From Takakia lepidozioides (lineage: Eukaryota > Plantae > Bryophyta): DNA of 64,000 bases. The stretch covers positions 49,848,001 to 49,912,000 of the forward strand of contig CM060734.1 in the NCBI GenBank assembly GCA_030704615.1. Direction: 5' to 3'. This document shows, piece by piece, positions 11,560 through 20,555 of the stretch (positions are counted from its first letter, which is position 1; the number at the start of each line of letters is the position of its first letter). Position numbers and translations under genes: made by a program. The notes below the pieces were generated by a model that was given only the letters and a program-made list of their open reading frames with translations, did not search any database and was not told the origin of the DNA.

Positions 11560-12805
11560 ATGCCCATGAGGAGTTGGGGCATTTTGGGGTGCGACGCACT
11601 CATAGTCTACTGCAGGGGTAGTATTGGTGGCGTGGTATGCACACAGAGGTGCAACAATTTGTGGCTAGGTGCATGGTGTGTGACAGGGTGCGTGCTTCAT
11701 TCAACGCCCCTACTCCACAATTGCACCCTCTTCCGATCATGGGATTGGGCTACAGGTGGAGTCTTGACTTCGCAGGGCCGTTGCCACTGACCATGCGCCA
11801 CAACAAGTACGTGTTGGTGATGGTGGAGCACTTCTCCAAGTGGATTGAATTGGTTCCATTGCCTGATAAGGCTAGTGAGGGAGCTGCGTATGCATTCCTG
11901 GATTGTGTGCTTAGCCGATTGGTGCTCCAGCTGAGGTACTCACGGACCAAGGGAGAGAGTTCTTGGGGGAGTTTCAGGCTTTGTGTGACAAGGCCTTGAT
12001 AGACCACCGCACCACTTCTCGGGATCATCCTGAAGCCGATGGCTTGGCAGAGAGAGTTGTTCAGACAGTAAAGAGGGGTTTGCGCAAGTATGGCTTGCAG
12101 AAGGGACACCTAGGAGATTGGGACCTTCAGTTACCCTGGTTAGCCATGGGCTACAGGTTCAGCAAGCAAGCATCACTTGCCTCCTTCTCACCATACTTTC
12201 TTCTCTTTGGCCGAGAGCCGGATTTGCCTACATCCATTCGCAGAGAAGCTGCTACAGTTCTTAACCTTGACGATCCGGACGTGTGGGCACGTGCATGTGA
12301 GCAGCGTGCAGAGTTGTTCAAGAGAGTCATGCCTATGGCTTTCGAGAACCTTGCCATTGCACAACACCGTGATACGTTGAGGTATGCTACCATACGTGGT
12401 GGGGGCTATCGTCCTGGGGTTCGGAGATTCAACCCTGGTGACTATGTCTATCTGCAGCAGACTGCTCCTACGACCCTGGATGTGACTGCAGGACGTGTTA
12501 TTTTGAGGGTTCGAGAGGTCTTGCCCTCAGGCGTCTTGGTCTTGGAGGGTCGGGATGGCATCACTTGGAAGGACCATGTGCGTAATTGTGCGCCATGTCA
12601 CCTTCCGAATGTCGATGGCAGGATTGACCCAAACCTGGCAGTGGTATCTGCAGGTTTGAGGTGCATGTTGTGTGGGTCTGCTAAAGGGGCAGCCACCATG
12701 CTGGTATGTGATCGGTGCTCTAGAGGTTGGCATATGGGATGCTTGACTCCACCTCTTGAGATGGTTCCGGATGGGGATTGGTTCTGTCCACATTGCATTG
12801 GATAG
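11560..12805 (+). pseudogene. Integrase (HHCC + DDE) with C-terminal PHD finger (12662-12796)
   Basis: HEELGH...CMVC, SLDFAGP, TDQG, DGLAER; C4HC3 motif CMLC...MLVCDRC...WHMGC...WFCPHC; stop at 11619 and frameshift near 11920. Confidence 0.9.
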
Positions 12806-13054
12806 TGGGAGTGAATACAACCATGGGAGGCTAACAAGAAACGCAAGGCCCAGCTACTAGGAGACCTTGAACACACGAGATCTTGGCTCAAGTTCATAGA
12901 TTGCAAGACGGCGACTAACGATGGGGCTACTCTTGTACCCGGCCTCTTGGTTGATAGAGTTTGAGCACGATAAAGACAGTGATAGAGGACTTAGTACGGC
13001 TGTGGCTATTACATCTTGTAGCTATCTGGAGGTAGAGGGACCTATCCACCAGCT

Positions 13055-13065
13055 AGGGGGGCGAT
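13055..13065 (+). promoter_or_regulatory. Polypurine tract
   Basis: G-rich run TAGGGGGGCGAT directly before TGTGCTAG at 13066. Confidence 0.7.
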
Positions 13066-13595
13066 TGTGCTAGACTACTTTATTGTGCCTATATGTGTGG
13101 TGTGGTCTGGACAGCGATGTAGTTGTGTAGCGATATGTATGCGCACGACAGCTGTCAAGTTAAATAAGCACAGTGTGAAAACAGCTAGAATAAAACTAGT
13201 TATTTGTATTTAACACTTGGATTTAGGTCAAGTGTTAAATCAGGTGTCAAGTTTAGTTTGACACCTGGTCTGTCTTATCTTCACGAGAGCGGCAGTCGCG
13301 CAGCTCATCTCTCTCGAGTTGAGCCTGCGCGACCGAGCTCCTGCATGTGTTTAGGTTTTAGTGTGCTTATGTAGGGATACAGGTTGTTGTGGGGTGGAGT
13401 CCCCATAGCTTGGGGTGCCCCTGGCTCGACTTCAGTTTCAATGAGTGATAGTGATGGATTTTATATTTCTTGTGTTGGGAGTGTATGTCCTTTCAAGCTT
13501 CTTTATCTATTGTGCTAGACTACTTTATTGTGCCTATATGTGTGGTGTGGTCTGGACAGCGATGTAGTTGTGTAGCGATATGTATGCGCACGACA
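13066..13595 (+). repeat. 3' terminal repeat block A(13066-13150)-GC-B(13153-13507)-TAT-A(13511-13595)
   Basis: The 85-bp segment A occurs twice, apparently identical; B matches 1588-1942. Confidence 0.92.
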
Positions 13596-13850
13596 GAGCA
13601 CCCTGTATCTGCCTGGAGGCACTCTCCATTGTGTGGCTGGTGCAGTATGGGAAGGTTTCTGGAACACGTACTTGAGCAGTTTTCCATTGGCATCGTACAC
13701 TTCCCTTTGAAGGAATAGAGTTCCATTTTCCAACCGAAACTGCGTTGCGAGGACGTGTTCATGCACCAGCGCAAAACCATCATCTTCCACCTCGTAAGAA
13801 AATGGCACAGGGTGGTCCTCACTGAAGAAGTCCGCGTCAAGGGAGCCCAT
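13596..13850 (-). pseudogene. 5' part of the same MULE-like transposase, split by the Gypsy insertion
   Basis: Removing 1588-13595 and one GAGC copy gives a continuous frame: MGSLDADFF...QWRVPPGRYRVL|SAPLRQSAGSFVTPGTAASVAQEKTPVVVKKETS. Confidence 0.85.
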
Positions 13851-15032
13851 GGCCTCGATGTTGCTTCAGAAAGTAGAGTTCACAGTCCGACGGTGCTTGT
13901 GAATGCAAATTGTGTGGGAGCGGAGTTTTTGGCGTCCTCACAGAGAATTGCAGGTATCGCTGCGGCTTGCAGATCTCCTAACGCGGGTTTCCACTTCTGT
14001 GAAATGTCTCCCCATGCGAACCAAGCGCATGGTCACAGAGTGCCCGAATGCGGAGTCCATAATGTCAGCCCTAATCCTAGAATCCAACTGTTTTTTCACA
14101 AGTGCCCCACCAGTGCATTCGTTGACAGATTGATTGACAGAGCCGCCATTTGGTTGTCATGTCAGAGAGGCCAGAAGAGATGCCCATTTCCATTTAATTT
14201 TAACGGCACCTGCACCGCTGTACAACTGTACATACTTGACATTCCTCTGGAACATCCCAGAATAAATTGCCCGATAATGAACTTTTTCAGATGAGAGGTG
14301 ATTAGACCCCAACGATTTTTGGATGGATAAGGATCCAATGATCTCCGCCGATATTTCATAACGATTAGATGGACACGTGTTCGCCATGCATGTGGAATGA
14401 GTCAGTGGCGCACTAAACGTTGCGAGCGAACATCTTGGCGTTGAAGGCCTTGCGATGAACCTCCCATAGTCCTCTTTTTTCCCTCTTCTCCTTATTGTCT
14501 TTGCAACCCTGGATTCTGCAGAGACGGTGACCCAATTCCGAGGGAGAAGCAAGCGTCGAAGAACACTTTATTTCACATCAAACAAGCAAAGGGCACGCGC
14601 TAAGGAGAGGATGAGGAAGGCGAGATGGGAACTTAGAATGGGAGAAGAAACATCCGGCGTAGAGGAAGACGAAGGGCAAAACAGGATTCTGCAACCGCAG
14701 TGTGGAGAGGAAGGTCTTAAAGTGAACCCGGAGGCGACCGATGAGCAACCTCCAATAGAAGGGGGGGAGGACGAGGAAGTGAGCTGGGCTCGGGAGAAAG
14801 CACTGCGAGTAGAGAAACAGGTCTTCCAAGAGCAGGGAGAACAAACGGACGCGGAAACGATGTCGTCTGCCCTTGTTTCGCACCATCGGGACCTCCTTGG
14901 AAGCATGCTACCTCCAGACCAAATGGAAAGATTGAATGCGTCAAGAGCATCATCAAGTGCAAAGAAGAAACCGGAGGTGGCTATGAACTCTCTTTCTCTC
15001 TCTCTGATTCTGTCTGGTTCTTGCTAAACATT

Positions 15033-15645
15033 GAGGTCGACATCAACCTTGCGTCAACGCAAGGTTGAAGTCGACCTCCTTTCTCTCCCTCTGATTCTGT
15101 CTGGTTCTTGCTAAGCATTGAGGTCGACATCAACCTTGCGTCAACGCAAGGTTGAAGTCGACCTCCTAAGTGTATATATTGGGCATCAAAACAGTGCAGA
15201 TGCTGCACTACAATCAAGCTAGACAGACATGGATGCTTGCGACGCATCATCAAGTTCGAAGAAGAAGAAGTGACAGCAATCTCCTTTTCCTGTAGCTTTT
15301 GTGTTTGTTCAACACCGATCCGAGAGCTCGCAATCAACCTTGCGTCAACGCAAGGTTGATGCCAACCTCCATGGTGTATGTTAGAACTTCTAGTGAAACG
15401 AACAGATGCCGCACAGGAATCAACATTGCGTTGACGCAAGGCTGGTTTTGATGATTTTTTTGTTCAATGGAAGCGTCCGATCTCTCATACCCTGAACTGT
15501 AAGGTAGGGAAAGTTGATTAGTTGAAGCTCCCAAAAGAACCCTGCGTCAACGCAAAGCATTTTTTTGCTTCAAAAGTCTTTCCTGTATGTCTTTCAGTCT
15601 AAACTACATCCCCATCAATCAACCTTGCGTCAAAGCAATGTTGAT
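15033..15645. repeat. Cluster 1: six copies of palindrome TCAACCTTGCGT-NN-ACGCAAGGTTGA
   Basis: Copies start near 15043, 15130, 15334, 15420, 15537 and 15619; the first two extend to 46-bp palindromes and belong to an ~87-bp tandem duplication. Confidence 0.9.
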
Positions 15646-17525
15646 CCATGGGTGCTCAATCTGTCACTCACAGATAATTCATTCTGTGCAGAGGAAAAGA
15701 AAAAGGAAATCCGAGGGGAAGATTTGGCCGCGTCAGAAGGTGAAGGTGAGGAAGACTCATTGGAGGGAAACTATGAAGATAAGGCCGAGGAGATAATTGG
15801 TGGGCAAAAAGTGAACTCGTCGAAGGTGATTCTGTCGATGGAGGTTCCCGGCGGAAACTTGGTCATTCTGCTGTGCAGGATGATCTCCATGCCCGCTGTT
15901 CGACCGGCATTGAGGAATGATATAACGAAGTTGAAGAACGACTTTGTTCACGGCTATGTCAAGGGATCAGCAGTGTTCTACGTATCCACTATGAACACGA
16001 AAGGAGAGGAGTGTCTTGTAACAGAGGACATTGAGCAAGGTTGGGATGCATGTTGGCGGGATGTAAACAGGGAGTTCGAGTTTAAACTGTCCAAAAAGGC
16101 CTCCACAAAAGCATTCATGGGAAAGATGTTTTTTGTCTGGGATGGGAACCACAGACTGCTTGCCTGGATGGATTACATTTCAAGCTTGCACTCGGACGAC
16201 ATCGAATGGCACTGGAGCGTGGTTTCCATGGTTCTCGATCACAAAGGACGTGTCACGCAGCTCTTGATAGCCATGCACGACATAAACAAGTAAGTTTCCA
16301 ACTTTGTGTCTGTTCCTTGTTTTGACAATTTGAAATCATCTTATGAGTTGAAGGTTTTTCCAGGTCCAATGAAACATCTCATGTGACGACCAATCTGTGC
16401 CACACTCTATTCCGCATCCAGAAGGTAGGGCTGATGCCACTGGAGTCATTCACGAACGTGCTCAGTCCTCAGCAGATGAAGAGGTGTGCTGAGAAGAAGA
16501 CAAGCACATGGTACAGCTTGACAAGGGAGGCTTTTCTTGAGTACATGTACACTGTAAGCTTTTTGACACCTGTTTGCCTGTTCTTACTGCAAATTTTGTG
16601 AAGAAATTCCAGTGTTTGATTCTATTTACCTGTTATGTATGCAGCAAGAAATAGCAGAAACTGGATTGAAGGCGAAAGCAGAGTACTATGATTCCGACAC
16701 AGAAGAGCAGCGGTCTGCAACTGGGCTTAAGGACATGATGAAGTTCGAGATGAAAAATCAAAGGAAGAACCTCATGAGTGCATTCGACAAACAGATCCGG
16801 ATAGCAGACCCAGGTCTTGGCACGGAATATTCTGGAGCAGGTGAAAGCACACTATGACAAGTATGGCTCCAAGCCAGAAATGACTCAAGAGAAACTACAT
16901 CGCCTTTCCATTTCAATGGTGGACAATGCAACCAAAATCAGGTGGTTGGAGATATGGAATTCGGATCCTCTTGTGAGAGACACGAACATGTTCCCAACTC
17001 CAGAGAGGGACCCGAAGACACAAGCAATAAGAGTTGTTAGCGACCACACATTCGATCAGTGGCTACACAAAGCCACATTCTGGAGCCAGGTAAGGTTTGA
17101 ACCAAACCATTTTCAGACATTTGTGTTGCTCCGTAACCTCTCCCAAATTCTTACGAGCTTTCTTGTTGCAGTTAGAAAAACGTGCAGTGGCTGCACTTGC
17201 TGAGTCAATGGCAGACTACAAAATCCAGATGGCTTGCCCCCGGATCACACTGGAGGCCTATATCAGGAGATGGAAGCTCGCTGTCTGGAACAACTGCTTC
17301 TTCAGGGAGTTTGAGAAAGAGAAAGGAATCTCCAGGTCTTACGAATTCAAAAACCAGTACAACAGCGAGCAAGCAATGAAGCGAGTGTTGTACAGGTGTG
17401 ACCTCCTTGAATCAAAATTGGTGCTTGAAGGGCATGTTTCTGCAATCTTCTGTCGTTCTTTCCATAAAGAATTGCGAATTTGCAGTGCTTTGCGAGATCT
17501 CTGAGGGCTCTGCATGTGCAGTCGA

Positions 17526-18154
17526 GCAACATTGCGTTAACGCAAGGTTATTTCCCATTGTCCTGGTTTCACTTACCTATACCTGGGTATCCCATAATGC
17601 CGTTTTTCTGGATGTGAAAGGGGATAAACTGACAGGAAAATCAGCCTTGCGTCAACGCAAGGTTGATGAAGTGGCAGGCTATGTAGCTTTTCCTGTGGTT
17701 TTGGGCAATTCAAATCCAGTTCCAATGCTGCCAAGATGAACATAAGACTGTTTGGAGTCGGTTTGAAATGCTATTTACAACTTTCACTGTACCAACAAAC
17801 AGCCTTGCGTTGACGCAAGGTTGTTTGGCGGTATGGATTGCTGGAAATTTCCCGCAGCCATCCCCCGATTTCAATACAATTGTAGGAAACTTATGATTAT
17901 GAGATAGCATTGACATGTGTTTCAACAGAGGATTTCAACATTGCGCCAACGCAATGTTGAATATCCGCACCAGTACATAGTCTGATGGTAGTTTTCAGGC
18001 AGTGTTTTCCATTTCCTCTCTGAATGAAAACAACCTTGCGTTGAAGCAATGTTGAATTGCGCTTCTCAGTCGTTGTCTCTATCAATACAACATTATCATT
18101 TGGTGTTCCCCATTTCTGCTCGAATGAACATTGCGTCAACGCAAGGTTGATTCG
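17526..18154. repeat. Cluster 2: six further copies of the same palindrome inside intron 17432-18274
   Basis: Copies start near 17526, 17641, 17799, 17935, 18030 and 18125, separated by unrelated sequence. Confidence 0.9.
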
Positions 18155-20555
18155 GGATTTCAAAAGTAGAATTCTCAGTGTTGCCTTCCTGCATTTCAAT
18201 ATCTTTTTTCCGGATGTGTGTTCTTTTTCGTTTTCTGATCGAATGACTGTCTGGGTTTTTTGTGTGTGATTCAGGTATATATATCATATCCTCATACCGG
18301 GAAAGTACCTTAGCAATGACCCAGACTTCATCTATTCATGGGCTGACCCCTCCAATGACAAGACAATGTACACGGCTGGTATTGCCAAAGACTGGAGCAG
18401 GGCGCACTTCCGAGACTGTGGGTGGTACCTCGACCTGCCAAAACAGGACACTCCATTCGATGAAGTTGTTTTGAGAAACCTGAACGACAATGCCGTAGCG
18501 ATTGCCCCATTGGCTGAAAAAGACATCCAGGACAGAATCATTTCGGCTCTGGCTGCAAAAGAGCCCGAGAAAACTGCTACTCCAAAACGAAAGGGGAAGA
18601 TTGTCGGGGATCCGAAGGGGAAGGGGAAAAGTGCAGCTCCGCAAGGACAGGGACCGTCAGAGGTTCCTGAAAGACAGCCTTCTCCCGCAAGGAGGGATAG
18701 GAGAACATCAAAGTCGAGGGAGCAAGTTTTCGAGGCGAGAGAACATCCCTCCAGGGTTTTGGGCCAGTTCAATCGTAAGGTGCTGAATGAAAGTTTTCTT
18801 GCAATGATGGAGTCCAGGAAGTCCACATTCAAAGGGGTGCCCTCGAAATCATGGGACATGCTTGTTTCGTTCCTCACTCAGGTGAACACTTATGTCTAAA
18901 CTGTTGTATGAATAATTGTGTTTTGGCAGCTTGTTGTGGCTTGTCCAGGGGATCAATCTCCTGTTAGATTTGGATTGGGCTTCTTACACTGTCTCATGTT
19001 TTTGGCTGTAGGTCACAAAAAGTCCGGAATGGGTGAATGGAGTTCAGCAGGCATACGCGACTGACCTTGTGGTGTTGGACATTCCTGACGGTTTTCCTGT
19101 CCCTGATGTGTTTCCTTCCAATTCGACCCCGACTTGGAACAAATCGGATTCTCGTTACTAGCAGTGGGCTTTCTCGTTCAGCAACAAGTTCCTTTCGGAC
19201 TCGGGGGCTCTTCTTCTCATGCAGTCAAAGGACATGTCGGCTCGAAGAACTCTTTTCAGCTACATGAAAGCTTCCGGGTTTCGTGTCATCAAAACTTGGA
19301 CATGCATCAATACTCTGCCTCTTACGAAGGGCGAGTTCCCAGGGCAGAAAGTGAGTTGGTTCCTTTCAATTGATGTTTTGTGGTTTTTCGGTAAATCGAA
19401 ATGGTGGGTTATGTCTTCTGTCTCATTCTCTCTTCGTGATTATTGACAGACATGGGTGTTCGAAGCTTTGTGCCTGGTGAGGCGGATGGACACTCTTCCT
19501 GCTGGTGTTGCTGAGTTTCAGTTGAGGGACCTTGCAGCTCACATTGACCCCACCTACGAGCCTGTGGAGGATGATGTTATCTTCAATTACGTCGACTCGG
19601 GTCGGACTATGAAAAGGTCGAATGGTGTCCCTTGGAGAGGTGCACGGGAGAAATCTCCAGCTTTCATGCAGACTTTGGTGGAGACATGCAGCCGTCATGG
19701 TGGACGAGTGGTTGACTTGTCTATGGGCACAGGTGGGGCCTTTCACATTGTGTTTGACATATGGGCAGTGACCTTAGGGAAACCCTGTTTTTATTTCTCG
19801 TTCTTCTTGGATTTGCAGGAGCATGTTTTCATGCTTGCAAGAGCGCCGGAAGGCACTTCTTCGGCATGGAAGCTGATACGGAGCTCTTCTCAAGCGAGCT
19901 TCGTCAGCTTGAGTCGGGCACTACTTCTGCCCCATCCACAGAGGGACTTCTGGAGGAGCCCGAAGCGCCTGACGAGGATCTGGACGTGGACTCCGATTTT
20001 GAGTGTGAGTAAGTTCTTGTGTAGTCGTGCAAAATATGTTGCATTTCCTTGTGTCGTTCCCATTCGAGAAATAGTGGCTTTCGTTGTCTATATCTGGATG
20101 TTAACATCTACCACCATTCCTCTTCTTGCTTTGCAGAGTTCAGCACCAGTCATTGAATCAGCAGACACCTTTCGGTTTCCAAGGATACTACATGTCCCCG
20201 AGCCCCCCTAGATCCAACCGCTTGCCGGTTTACGCGGAAGCTTGCGCACGAATGTTATCTGAACAAACACTGTATTCGCATCTCCATGAAGGTCGTGGAA
20301 AAAAAAAACGTCATGGATGTGCTGCTGTATTCATAGATGATATTGCTGTAAACTCTGGAAGTGGTTCCTCTGAAACCTCCAATATTTCTTTAGGTTCAAG
20401 TACCGAGGCTCAATAAATTGTGTTTTGGTTTTGCTTCCATCTCCAAACTGTTTTTCAAGTTCTTTGCACGTTCCCGTAAGTACAGTTAGGGATTGCCTAG
20501 GATAGGTCTTCGGATTGCGGAATTGAAAAATGTTTGTGTCGCGGCCCTTTGCCTT

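Larger units (their letters stand above)
1588..13595 (+). mobile_element. Ty3/Gypsy LTR retrotransposon carrying a C5-cytosine methyltransferase domain and an integrase-linked PHD finger
   Basis: Termini TGTC...GACA flanked by GAGC (1584-1587 and 13596-13599); domain order gag-PR-DNMT-RT-RH-INT-PHD; terminal repeats, PBS-position sequence and PPT are present. Confidence 0.95.
14522..20416 (+). pseudogene. Multi-exon gene divergent from the MULE transposase: ParB-like domain plus beta-class N4/N6 amino-methyltransferase-like domain
   Basis: FFVWDGNHRLLAW (16138-16158); spliced C-terminal region TDLVVLDIPDG...FLSDSGALLL...PWRGAREKSPAFMQTLVETCSRHGGRVVDLSMGT|GACFHACKSAGRHFFGMEAD. Phase-compatible introns include 16290-16363, 17432-18274 (GC-AG) and 19733-19818. 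Frameshift near 16830, stop at 19159. 5' exon structure is uncertain. Confidence 0.7.

Noticed and set aside
1588-13595. DIRS/Ngaro tyrosine-recombinase element
   Set aside because: Despite the split-repeat layout it has an aspartic protease, a DDE integrase and a TSD, and I saw no tyrosine recombinase motif.
15033-18154. CRISPR array interpretation of the palindromic repeats
   Set aside because: Spacers are irregular (~55-180 bp), repeats occur in both orientations, there are no cas genes and the context is eukaryotic introns; kept only as a palindrome array.
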